From the NCBI RefSeq assembly GCF_001194135.2, contig NC_068990.1:52881073-52929966 (forward strand): DNA of 48,894 bases. Direction: 5' to 3'. Origin of the DNA: Octopus bimaculoides. Its lineage: Eukaryota. The notes beneath the pieces were generated by a model. That model searched no databases. It was given only the letters and a program-made list of their open reading frames with translations, and was not told the DNA's origin. Of the stretch, positions 1 through 11,532 are shown piece after piece (the first letter of the stretch is position 1; every line of letters begins with the position of its first letter). The translations under genes were made by a program, and so were the position numbers.

Positions 1-235
1 ATGAAACCATTTTTGGATGGTGGAAGATAGACCACCATCTGGATTCTTGTTCTTTACCATGGTTCCTTCATAATGATCAAGCTCGCTAATTAATTGGAAG
101 CCATTCAATGGATCTACACTAAGAATATGGCTTCACTGTTCCATATGAATTACAAGGAAGATTGAAAGATTTAAAACTTTATTCTCTCAAGGAAACAGGC
201 ATCCACAATACTACTTTACATAGAAAAATTGGAAT
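1..235 (+). mobile_element. Decayed C-terminal RT fragment of a CR1/L2-type non-LTR retrotransposon
   Basis: Hand translation across frameshifts gives HLDSCSLPW...LEAIQWIYTKNMASLFHMNYKE/RLKDLKLYSL...ILLYIEKI, matching the LDYCS..W...LE.IQR.YT..I..L.Y.ERLK.L.LYSL pattern that follows the RT in CR1/L2-like LINEs. Confidence 0.6.
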
Positions 236-1239
236 GATTGTTATGTAATTCAACATTGTCATTTGTTTCCACTCTACCACTGATTACTACTGTGAGGTGC
301 CAAAGGTTCTGCTCTCTGTCCACAAACTACATACTGCAATTTACATACACACATATATGCCTGCACATGTGCGCATACACACACACATTTTAAAATTAAT
401 TGCTATTTTGCAATGGGCAAGTAAATGTTTTTGGGTTACTGTGAAGCGTAATATGTTATGAAACTTAGTACATTTAAATATGAGATCTCCCAGCTGCATT
501 TTAAAAATATTTTCACTGGTTTTAGTAATATTCAATTTATTCATAAAGGCAGTGATGGCTATGCAACTGGGCTAGAGACAGTAACAGTTGATTAAAGACT
601 AATAAAGAAGTCAAGAATGTAAGTTTATCGTGAATGATACAATGAAACTAACTGTTCAGGAAGATGTGCATGTGTTTGTAACTGTATATTAAAGATTAAT
701 TGTAACCCTTCCAAAATGGTTCTGCAGTTTGTACAGAATATTCCTGAAATTGCTATCAAATGGTAACTTATTCTTCAATTTGAGTAAGGAAGCTCCTGTA
801 TAGATTGTTTGATTCCCCCAGGAAGTCAATAACATCAACAATTTTATTCTCTGCCACCATTTTTATTCTTTGTGGCTATCATGTTAATGTTTTGCTGTTT
901 GAAACCAGTTTTGTTAGCAGATTTTTCCATGATAGAAAGAGGGAAACTAAAAGGAGGTTGGTTTCCATTGACAGGCAATGTGTTAAGATCTTATAAGAAA
1001 GAACTGGCTTTGAGATTTTCTCTTTGATACAGCCTTCTTACATTCTTTATAGTAGAGCAGGAAAAATAGAAGGATGATGGTAGTGATAATGATGATTTCC
1101 AGTGGAAAGAAGTTCAATATTTTACAATGTAAAATATATAAATAAAAGCTAATAGAAGACTAGGTGGAACATTTTAAAACAAAATTAGGAAAATTGAGAG
1201 GATTGACACTCTAAATATCTACAAAACAATTCTTTATTA

Positions 1240-1720
1240 TTGTTGTCCTTGCCATCTTGACTGAGACATGTTTTACCCAGCTGCACTAGAAATCTCTATC
1301 CCCATTAGCTCTGTAAAGTCCACAGTTTTATGTTGTTGGTATTTGTCAATAAAATTAATGTAGTTAAGTGGTCTTCAGCTTCTGTTAGGATATAAACATC
1401 TTTAAAATATAACATTAGATATTGTTTGGTCTGTGGCACAATAGCAGTGGCTAGTAAAGCCAACTCTGCATTGAGCAATAATACTAGAGGTGGTTGGAAT
1501 ATGTCCATAAATCTTCTCTTTTGTCTTGTGCTCTTGTCAGATGTTTTGAGCTTTTATGAGAATCTTGATGTATGTACCATGAAGGTGGTCTTTAAGTTCA
1601 TCTTTCACAGTCCACATTTCAGCTCTATAAAGGATGCTCCCTATACATACCCTAAAGAAGGCTAGATTTGTTGACTTTGAAATACTAAGTGTAGGTTCAG
1701 TCCACTGTACAAGACATTAG
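1240..1720 (-). mobile_element. Decayed 3' ORF end of an RTE-clade LINE
   Basis: Minus-strand translation FFRVCIGSILYRAEMWTVKDELKDHLHGTYIKILIKAQNI*QEHKTKEKIYGHIPTTSSIIAQCRVGFTSHC matches the RTE C-terminus (FFRA.VES.LLYG.E.WT...LDGTYTR.LR...NISW..H.T...LYG..P..S..I..RR..FAGHC). Confidence 0.7.
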
Positions 1721-2377
1721 GTAAATAAGTGTTTTCTACTGAGATTCTGGGTTTATCACACCCTGTGAATAAATTTGAGCAGTGTAAGGTGTGTGGAAGC
1801 CATGTGTGTGGTTTGTACTTGAATGTCACTGTGTGAGGGAAATGGTGATATGATGTTTACATTCCCTGTTGACATTGTCACCAGTTGCTCTGCTTTTGAA
1901 GTCTTGTGGAATTAAATATCTCCCTTTTGAAAAACTGGTAAGGGTTGGCAGCAGCAAGAATATCTGACTATAAAATCTTACATCAGACAAATCTTCATCC
2001 AATCATGGAAAAATGGACATTAAATGAATGTCTGACTGAACACACATGCACATGCATGTGAAGTGTGCACTGCTAAATTTCTTATCTTGAACTACACACT
2101 CTACTAACCAATTGAAACTGCTACTGCTTCTAGTAAATAGTTATATTCATAATGATATGTAATATAAATATAAAGCTACAGATTTTTTTGGAGGGCATTA
2201 TTGGTTAAGTCAACCTTGGTATTTGATAGATATTCTATCTCCTGTACAAGAAGAGTGTAAAAGTATTATCAACTGTGATAGGAGTGGAACTTTACTTTGT
2301 AGAGACATTAATGTCACAAGGCATTTTGTTTGGCACTCTACTGATTCTGCCACTCACTGGACTATAAATAATAACAA

Positions 2378-2412
<35 letters not shown>

Positions 2413-2685
2413 TTCATAACTAGTCAGTAAGGAATTGGTATAGCTATTTTTGGGACACTTAAGTATTATTAGATAAACCAAGATGTTTCTGTAGGTCTCC
2501 CCACCCCTCTCCCTCTCTTTTGAAAGAGTTTCTCTGGTTCTCTGTAAACTGAGTAGATTGTTGGCCTGATTTGAGGCTTTCTAAATCTTTGAAGAAATTA
2601 AAAGCATTCATATCAGTCAGCTAGTTACAAAAACAAACAAACAGAAAAAAAGACCTGCTAACAATATGTATATGTGTGTATATAT

Positions 2686-2872
2686 NNNNNNNNNNNNNNN
2701 NNNNNNNNNNNNNNNNNNNNNNNNNNNNNNNNNNNNNNNNNNNNNNNNNNNNNNNNNNNNNNNNNNNNNNNNNNNNNNNNNNNNNNNNNNNNNNNNNNNN
2801 NNNNNNNNNNNNNNNNNNNNNNNNNNNNNNNNNNNNNNNNNNNNNNNNNNNNNNNNNNNNNNNNNNNNNNNN
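2686..2872. other. Assembly gap (N run) flanked by (AT)n
   Basis: N run seen directly; further gaps at 14737-14978, 32965-33329, 38050-39003 and 45782-45791. Confidence 0.99.
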
Positions 2873-2915
<43 letters not shown>

Positions 2916-2963
2916 TGATCTAATTATAAATCTCACAGAGAGACATAAGCAACAGTGTTACGA

Positions 2964-3507
2964 TAAAGCAGTTGTTTACTGTCAACTTAATGTGACAGAC
3001 CTATTAAGGGAATCATACTGCTGTTATTTATCCCAAGGAAGCTAGACCGCTTCCTGTTGGCTTTGACACATTTCCTGTGTCCTTATATTTGTGAAAGGAA
3101 GACAAGCTTCCCCACCCAGCTTTAGTCTACATTCAGGGACATGTTTCTGAGTCATTTCTTGTCATCAGCCTGAAGTAGCTGACCAGCTGGTTGAAAAAAG
3201 CCTGTCTAGATCATTTCTAATTTTGTAACCAGTGAATGTGTTTTCACTGAAAACATATATATATTTGTTAAGGCTAGACAGATTTTTTCAACCAGCTGGT
3301 CGGCTACTTCAGGCTGATGACGAGCAATGACTCAGAAACATGTCCCTGAATGCAGACTAAAGCTGGGTGGGGAAGCTTGTCTCCCCTTCACAAATATAAG
3401 GACACAGGAAATGTGTCAAGGCCAACAGGAAGCGGTCTAGCTTCTTAGGGCAGTATGATTCCCTTAATGAGTCTGTCACATTAAGTTGACAGTAAACAAC
3501 TGCTTTA
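2964..3507. repeat. Fold-back element with two ~240-bp inverted arms and a 64-bp spacer; probable inverted Penelope-type terminal repeats
   Basis: Left arm 2964-3209 (taaagcagttgtttactgtcaac...cctgtctag) is the reverse complement of right arm 3274-3507 (ctagacag...gttgacagtaaacaactgcttta), with scattered substitutions and one ~12-bp indel; each arm carries a hammerhead-like motif. Confidence 0.9.
3308..3350 (+). ncRNA. Minimal type I hammerhead-ribozyme-like motif (second copy on - strand at ~3132-3174)
   Basis: ttcagg (stem I) - CTGATGA - c gag caatga ctc a (stem II) - GAA - A cat g T (palindromic acatgt helix III) - C (GUC cleavage triplet) - cctgaa (stem I complement). The stem II base is a non-canonical C.A. 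Confidence 0.65.
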
Positions 3508-3562
3508 TATATATATATATATATATATAGATGTGTGTGTATGTATGTATGTATGTATGTAT

Positions 3563-5105
3563 GTCAGTAAGGTGAGGGTTGGCAATGAGTACAGTGAAGA
3601 ATTCCGGGTAGAGGTAGGGGTCCAACAAAGTTCAGTCCTCAGCCCCCTCCTATTTATCATAGTCCTCCAAGCAATAACACAGGAATTCAAGTAGGAAGGT
3701 AGACAAAACACAAACCCCTTCAGGTAGATGGCCCTCCTCGACCTGTACAAAAGGCGTAGGTAGAAACTCTATAAGATGTACCCAGTGTAAGCTATGGACA
3801 CATAAGAGGTGCAGCAATATCAAAGGAGGGCTAACTGGGAATATAGTTTTTGTATGTGGCAGATGCTCAGGAGTAATAAACACTGAAAATGTGCAGAAAA
3901 CAACTTTTGCCATATTCCAGGGAGAAAAATTAGAAGTAGTTGATAGCTTCCGTTATCTAGGTAACCAAGGTAGTAGTGGGGGAGGGTGCGCTGAAAGTGT
4001 AGCTGCTAGAATAAGAATAGCCTGGGCAAAGTTCAGAGAGCTTTTACATCTGCAGGTGACAAAGGGTCTCTCGCTCAGAGTAAAAAGCAGACTATATGAC
4101 TCATGTGTATGAACAGCCATGCTACATGGCAGTGAAACATGGGCTGTAACTGCTGAGGACATGTGTAAGCTCACAAAAAATGAAGCCAGTATGCTCCGAT
4201 GGATGTGTAATGTCAGTATGCATACTCGACAGAGTGTAAGTACCACGAGAGAAAAGTTGAACCTAAGAAGCATCAGTTGTGGTGTGCTGCGCTGGTATGG
4301 TCATGTGGCGAGAATGGATGAGGATAGCTGTGTGAAAAAGTGCCACACCCTAGTGGTTGAGGGAACCTGTGGAAGAGGTAGATCCTGAAAGACCTGGGAT
4401 GAAATGGTGAAGCACGAACTTTGAACATTAGGCCTCACTGAGGCAATGACTAGTGACCGAGACCTTTGGAAATATGCTGTGCGTGAGAAGACCTGGCAAG
4501 CCAAGTGAGACCATAATCCATGGCCTCTGCCAGAGGTGTAGCCAGCCCACTTATGCGTACCTTTCCTTCATTGGACACTAAAGTCTGCTTGCGAAGACCT
4601 GTTGGGGCAAGTAAAATCGAAATCGTAATTGAACCAAATTCGATGACTGGCACCTGTGTCAGCGGAGCACTAACAGCACTGTCCGAGTGTGATCATTGCC
4701 AGAGCAGCTGTCAGGCTTCCATGCCAGTGGCATGTAAAAAGCACTATTTGAGCCTGATCGTTATCAGCGTCACCTTCCTGGCACTTGTGCCGGTGGCACA
4801 TGAAAAAGCATTCAAGCGAGGTTGTTGCCAGTGCCGCTGGACTGGATCCCATGCAGGTGGCATGTAAAAAACACCATTTTGAGTGTGGCCATTGCCAGTC
4901 CCGCCTGACTGGCCCTCGTGCTGGTGGTACATAAAAGCACCCACTACACTCTCAGAGTGGTTGGCGTTAGGAAGGGCATCCAGCTGCAGAAACCCTGCAG
5001 ATCAGATTGGAGCCTGGTGCAGCCATTTAGTTCGCCAATCCTCAGTCAAATCATCCAACCCATGCTAGTATGGAAAGCGGATGTTAAACAATGATGATGA
5101 TGATG
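3563..5105 (+). mobile_element. 5'-truncated RTE-clade LINE: partial RT, ORF end, 3' UTR and (GAT)n tail
   Basis: Translates as VEVGVQQSSVLSPLLFIIVLQA, then EVVDSFRYLG, ARIRIAWAKFRELL, MLHGSETWAVT, LRWYGHVARMDED and CGRGR; the YADD region is deleted; ends ...atgttaaacaatgatgatgatgatg. Confidence 0.9.
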
Positions 5106-5159
5106 TTTATGAATTTGTGTTGCAAGATTCCGGATGTGAAACCGTGTATTGAAACGGAT

Positions 5160-6030
5160 ATTGTTGTATTTTGTGATGGTAATTTAAAAATTTTTTTCAA
5201 ATAAACGCACGCACTATATATTTCTTCCTCACTTGTTTATTACTGTTCTTATTTTAACTCATGTCCACTGTCCAGAAATCTTTTCTTACACATCTGTAAC
5301 CTCTTCAGTGACACTTTCCATCCTTGCGCGTGCTCCTGCTCTGCTTAGTTCATTTGGTTCTTTTATTATGTGTATCCTTATATGTGCATGCGTTTGCGCC
5401 TGTATTTGTGTATATATGTGTATGTGTGTGCGTGTACATATGCATGTCTATGTGACTTGCATGAGTGCTTATGTATATATTTGGGCTTAAGCCCTTTATA
5501 TTGTCATTGTTATCATCATTGTTCTGAGTAGCTTTATGGCCCTCCCCTCACCCACATCTCTCCTGTTGCTGCTGCTGTTGCCCTTGACCCTGACTTTTGG
5601 TACCCTTCCTGTATCTCCTTACGTTTGTTCACCTACGTTACTGCCATCGTGGTAGTTGCTGTTTCTGTTGTCATTGTTGTTGGTCACACTGTTGATGTTG
5701 TTGCGGCTGTTTGTGAAGTTTGTATGTTTGTGTGTGTATATGGGTTCCCTTATTATTTTTGTATCTGTGTCCTTTATGCAACTTTTTTTTGTTTACCTAT
5801 TTATCACTCTTATATTTATCATAGATATGTGTATATTTGTCTATTGTGTGTGTATTACACTGTTTGTATGTTTTTTTGTTTTCTCCCTTTTGTCTTTCAT
5901 TGTCGTGGTGTGGTGGTGGGTGTTATTGTTCTATTCATGTTTTCTGTTGAGGCTCGGTCTGTCTATTGCTATGTGTGTAGCCTCTGTAATCTGTTTGAGC
6001 GTCATGTCAGTTCTATATGAGAGGCTCTGT
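5160..6030 (-). mobile_element. Penelope-like element 3' end (GIY-YIG C-terminus plus low-complexity 3' region), copy 1
   Basis: Minus strand reads YRTDMTLKQITEATHIAIDRPSLNRKHE; the whole segment is the reverse complement of 6060-6915. Confidence 0.6.
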
Positions 6031-6032
6031 TA

Positions 6033-6915
6033 ATAACATAGAGGTTAAGGTGTTATCAACACATAGAACTGACATGACACCCAAACAGATTACAGAGGCT
6101 ACACACATAGCAATAGACAGGCAGAGCCTCAACAGAAAACAGGAATGGAACAATAACACCTACCACCACCACTACACCACGCAACATGATGACTAAAGAC
6201 AAGGGAGAAAAGAACAAACAAAAGCATACAAACTGTGTAATACACACACAATAGACAAATATGCACACACCTATGATATATATAAGAAATAGAGATAAAT
6301 AAGTAAAAAGAAAAACTATAAAGGGCACGAATAGAAACAACATAATAAGCAAGCCCATATACACACACAAACACACAAATGGCTGCAACAACATCAACAC
6401 CTCGACTAATGGCAACAACAACAACAATAATAACAACAACTACCAAGGTGGCAGCAGCGTGGGCAAACACACAATCACAGGGAGATACAGGAATGGTACC
6501 AAAAGTTGAGGCCAAGGGCAGCAGTGGGGGAGGGGACATGGGTGAGGAGATGATCATAAAACTACTAAGAACAATGACGACGACGATGATGATAGTATAA
6601 AGGGCTTAAGCCCATATATACACATAAGTGCACATGCAAAACAGACATAAGTACACACTTGCATGTGCACACACACAAATGCAGATGCAAATGCATGCGC
6701 ATATAAGGATACACATCATAGAAGAACAGGCAGAGCAGGAGCACACATGGGGACGCGAAGTGTCACTGAAGAGATCACAGATGTACGACAAAAGATTTCT
6801 GGATAATGGACAGGAGTTAAAATAAGAACAGTAATAAATGAGTGAAGAACAGATATATAGTGCATGTGTTTATTTGGCAAAAAAGAAAAATATGACCATC
6901 CTGAAATACAAGAAA
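6033..6915 (+). mobile_element. Penelope-like element 3' end (GIY-YIG C-terminus plus low-complexity 3' region), copy 2
   Basis: Translates NNIEVKVLSTHRTDMTPKQITEATHIAIDRQSLNRKQEWNNN, resembling the PLE endonuclease C-terminus (..L..H..D..LRQI.EA..I....P.LN.K.EW). Confidence 0.6.
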
Positions 6916-6931
6916 CACACACGCACGTATG

Positions 6932-6973
<42 letters not shown>

Positions 6974-8987
6974 TAAAAAAAACAGAGAAAAAGACAAGGA
7001 AAAACACACCGACATGAGAACGTAACAGATGCAAATTTTTAATAAGATGCTCAGAGAAGGAAAAGAGCGGTTGTTTCACATTTCAAGCATAGCTCTTCTT
7101 TGGAAATAGGAAACATAGGAAAGTCCAAAGGAAAAAGAAGGAGGAGGGAAAAAAAAAATCGTCAACAGTCCATGTATCGACTATATTATGTTATATTATA
7201 TAAAGGTGAAGCTGTTTCCCTTTTTGAAATGTGTTCTGGTAAAATTCATTTGGTAGAAGCAGTTATATGTTGGCTGTGTCAGTTTGAAAATAATGTCCCA
7301 GTATTTGTATAAACTGTATTGATTTGATTTTAAGAGAATCGTCAGTTGATACAATGTGTGGAAACCTTTCTTGAATGGAAACATGAAATGATTATGTGAG
7401 ATTAAAGCATATGGATTAAGATTCAGTTGAAAATATTGCAAGTGGACAATGAGATTGCTTGTAGGCTTACATTTTAAATGTTTCTGGATTACATATTGGA
7501 TTATATTATTATTTGCAGTTGTTAGCAAAAGCCCAGATTGTCTTTCATGTTCTGGTTCAATAAATTCTTATTGTGGGAAATTATTTGGTCACAGCTCACC
7601 ATCAACTGACTTATGTCTTAGGTTTGTATTTAATTTCTTGGAACACATAACACTGCTGTTAACACCTCATATCTGAAGCTCCATAGATAAAGCCACCTTT
7701 TGTTAAGCTTTAAGCCAGCTGCAATATCAAATATTTTACTTTTTCTTGACAACTACCATCCTTCATTGATATTGATATTGTCGTTCACAGAATTCTCAAA
7801 ATGTTGACAGTTATATATTAACAGGGACAAAATGTCCCTGTTTATTAGCATGTAGGCCTGCTGATAATGTCTTTTATGGGTTTGGATAGTCTCTGTTTCA
7901 AATACAGAAAGGCAAATTCAGCAGTGTGCCTACACTACCTCTGTCATCTAACATCTGTTTTACCATACTTGGATAGGTTAGATAGATCTGCTTTTGTACA
8001 TCTGTTATTGTATCAATAAAGATGTAGTAGTTGCAGTGTCTGTATGTGTATGCAGAATTTTTTAATGTGTGAATAGCTATTGTGATTTGAATACCTTTTG
8101 TGATTGTTAGAAAGTAGACAGAATCATAGCAGAGCCATAGATCTGTGACCTGACATTAATTCATGTTAGGAATGGATTCATTCCGCTTCAATATTTGGTC
8201 TCAATACCATAAACTCTCTCTCTCTCTCTCTCTCTCTCTCCACCATTCTTATTTCTCCTATTTTCTCTTCACTTGTCTTTTCTTATATACTTTTTAAAAA
8301 AATTTTGCAAGAGTTAACTTGAATCTATAGATTTAAATGATCATTGTAAGTATGTTTCTACATTTCATTGATCAGATTAGATTCCCAACCTTATTCTCTG
8401 TTTTTATCTGTACAATCTTCTCTCGTTTTCTTGTGTATAAGTTTACATCTCTTGAGTTTCTTTGGTTGAGAATTTAATTTAAATCTTTAATTCTCTATTT
8501 TATATTTAGCTAAGTGGCATACTAGTTAATTAAGAAATTTAATTCATTGAAAAATATGAATAGTACTATTCTTTAAATGGATTTAATCACTTTAATTCAT
8601 TATTATTGTTATTCTGGAAGACTCATGGATAGTTCTTAATTACCAGTTATTTGATGTAATTGTCTTATTCCCTTCTCTAAACTTGCTGGCTTTGTGCCAA
8701 AATTTGAAACCTGTATATTAGTGGCATTTATTTTGTAGGGTTCAGCAGTTTGAATCATGAAAAGGGTCCATTATAAACTGAAAAATGGATGCAGGTTCTA
8801 CTTTACAGATGAGTATTTAAGAACTGGAAATGCATTTTTGTTCTTGATTCATAACATTTGTAAATTTGTGGGACCAACCAACCAGCCCATGTCATACTTT
8901 TATGTCTTTAATTTACATATAAAGCTTGAGAAGATTTAAAGAGAAGTGAAAGATGTATGTTGCTTTCCTTGCCTTTTCCAAAGATAT

Positions 8988-9369
8988 GTTGTTGGCACTC
9001 CGTCGCTTACGACGTCGAGGGTTCCAGTTGATCTGATCAACGGAACAGCCTGCTCATGAAATTAATGTGCAAGTGGCTGAGCACTCCACAAACACGTGTA
9101 CCCTTAACGTAGAACTCGGGGATATTCAGCGTGACACAGTGTGACAAGGCTGACCCTTTGAATTACAGGCACAACAGAAACAAGAAGTAAGAGTGAGAGA
9201 AAGTTGTGTTGAAAGAGTACAGCAGGGTTCGCCACCATCCCCTGCCGGAGCCTCGTGGAGCTTTAGGTGTTTTCGCTCAATAAACACTCACAACGCCCGG
9301 TCTGGGAATCGAAACTGCGATCCTATGACTGCGAGTCCGCTGCCCTAACCACTGGGCCATTGCACCTCC
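8988..9369 (-). mobile_element. Full-length tRNA-derived SINE with (CAA)n tail
   Basis: Minus strand starts ggaggtgcaatggcccagtggttagg (A box) and continues ...gtttcgattccc (B box), then the body, ending ...gagtgccaacaac. Confidence 0.85.
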
Positions 9370-10264
9370 ACTTTCCAAAGACATGAGCAGCATAAATGAA
9401 ATGTAAAGGTTCCAACTCAGAATCAGTATTAGATAATTTTTTCTTCTTTTTCATAAATGAACGAGTGGTGGGATACAGTATTTTTGGTTTTTGTTCTCTC
9501 AGATTAGTGGCATTGATATAACTTGTGGGTAGGGGAGGGCAAATGGTGGTGGGTGTGTGTGTCATTTTAGGGTGTGGGGCTGAGAAAGTGAGAGAAGTGG
9601 GGGTGGGATGGCAGATTAAAATAAGCACCACAGTTCTGAATGTTCTTGTGACACCTATATAAAGAATTCATACCCAAAGATTGAAATCTTACTCTTTTTT
9701 ATTTTTTACCTGTCCTCCATTTCTTGTTGGTTTTACCTTTAAGAATTTCATTGTTCTTTGTTAAGTTGCCTACTTTAACTTGCTACTGGATCATTTTGTA
9801 AACTTCTTTTTACTTTTATTTGTCCCTTTAAGTGACTACAACCAACACCTCTCCCTTGATGCCAATTGTTTATTTTTTTTTTACATATTTCTGCCTTTTT
9901 GTTTTCTAAGTTTTCTTTTTTCTTGTTTCTTTTTTTCCTTGCTACTTTATCAATTTTTTTTTCTTTTTATTCTTTCATTTTTCCTTGTTTCTTTTTGCTA
10001 TTCCTTCTTGTGTTTTTGTGTGTGTTTCAGTTTTTCTAAAACTACTAACCAGGTAGTTGACCATATCTGCTACATTACTGGGAATTATATTATTTTTGTG
10101 TGTTTTCTGCATTTCTCAAAGTGTCTTTCAAATGAACTCTGTCCCTACCCACACCCCTATTTGTGGAAAAAATGAAGAGAACCCTCTTTCATAGACAAAA
10201 ATCAAATTTATTATTAGATAGGGCATGACTTATTTCCCCTTTTTGGTACCAATTACCTGTACAG

Positions 10265-10293
10265 TTTTATGCATATCAAGAAAAATTCCTCAG
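10265..10293 (+). CDS. Candidate 29-nt exon of an unidentified host gene
   Basis: Pyrimidine tract with ...tgtacAG acceptor and CAG|GTAACA donor; can be spliced in frame to the next two candidates (FYAYQEKFL.. or FMHIKKNSS..). Confidence 0.3.
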
Positions 10294-10778
10294 GTAACAA
10301 TTATTCTTGAGAATCTATTTTTGCTCCACAGCTAGTGGTGACTCTCTCCAATCTGTAGCAAGCCTGAAAAAAACATCTGCTGTATTGTTTCTATTATTTT
10401 TTACATTTTTAAAAATGTTTTTTATATATGATTTTTAGCTGTACACATTATATAGGTTGGATAGTTTTACAAATTTAGATGTTTCTCTGCATTTATTGCA
10501 GCAGATGTTTCATGGTTGAATGCTGTTTTCATCATGAACCACTTCAACCAGCTAAGAGGCTACCAGCTTTATTTCCCTTTTAACATATTTCATTCTTTAT
10601 CAAAGTCTCCTATATATCTTAATCATACTCTAAACAAACCACATGGTGATATTACTGTCTTATTTATTATTTATTTTCTTTATTTATCATTAACCTATTT
10701 ACTTTTATATACTGTTGTAGAAATACTATTAATATACTTTCTTCATTTGCTATATTTACTGCTTCAAACTCTCTACAG

Positions 10779-10823
10779 TAACTTTAAATCCATTGAAATC
10801 CTTAGAAACCAATGTACCAACAG
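10779..10823 (+). CDS. Candidate 45-nt exon of an unidentified host gene
   Basis: ttcaaactctctacAG acceptor and CAG|GTAAAT donor; open in two phases (NFKSIEILRNQCTN or TLNPLKSLETNVPT). Confidence 0.4.
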
Positions 10824-11532
10824 GTAAATTTTTTCTAAATACTCCTGTAATCTGTCATTCTAGAATGAGCTGGCAAATTTAATGTATTTCATTACATATA
10901 TATTTCATTTTTCTCAGAATCATAAAGTTAATGATCTTACCTGATTGGTTAATATATTATTTCTACTTAACAATGAAGTTAATTTCATGATCTCCCTCTC
11001 TTCACCACTGATGATTTTTTAGACTGATAATCCTATCTAATTCATCATGACTCATATTGCTATACTATAACATCTGATACACCATTTCTTACATGCAAAT
11101 ACTGCCATACACATTTATTCTTCCAAAGAATAAATATCATCACCATCATATCCACCACATCACTGCTGCCACTCTTGTTGTGCCCATTTTCTTGTGCTTG
11201 CAAGGTTAGACTAAGTTTGTTGAGATAGATTTTCTATGGTTGGATGCTTGTTGTATTGTCAACCTTCACTTGTTTTTGAGTCAGGTAATATTTTCCCATG
11301 GTCCTTTCAAACAATGACTGGCTCAAAGTCCAGACGTCATTTGTATGAACTGGTGGCTTCGTTTTCAATATGCGTGCAAGTGCGAAGAGAGATAACACAC
11401 ACATGCACGCCCACCCCCACAATGTCCTTCATACAATTTCTGTCTGTCAAATTTCACTCACAGGACCCCAGCCTGTAGCTACAGTAGAAGACATCAGCTG
11501 ACCATGTCCACACACATTGGGAATAAACCTCC

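Noticed and set aside
805-996. 63-aa ORF MFDSPRKSITST...
   Set aside because: No recognisable motif, TTG start and no convincing splice signals
2658-3045. Long ORFs spanning N runs (also 14700-14990, 32782-33428, 37995-39140)
   Set aside because: Artefacts of assembly gaps and (AT)n translating as X and YI repeats
5625-6557. Hydrophobic 125-142 aa ORFs that look like membrane proteins
   Set aside because: They are antisense readings of the TG/TTG-rich Penelope 3' region and occur in both inverted copies
9290-9369. tRNA-like sequences considered as tRNA genes (also ~33850-33925, 34240-34313, 45880-45948)
   Set aside because: A/B boxes run directly into SINE bodies; no complete cloverleaf or acceptor stem
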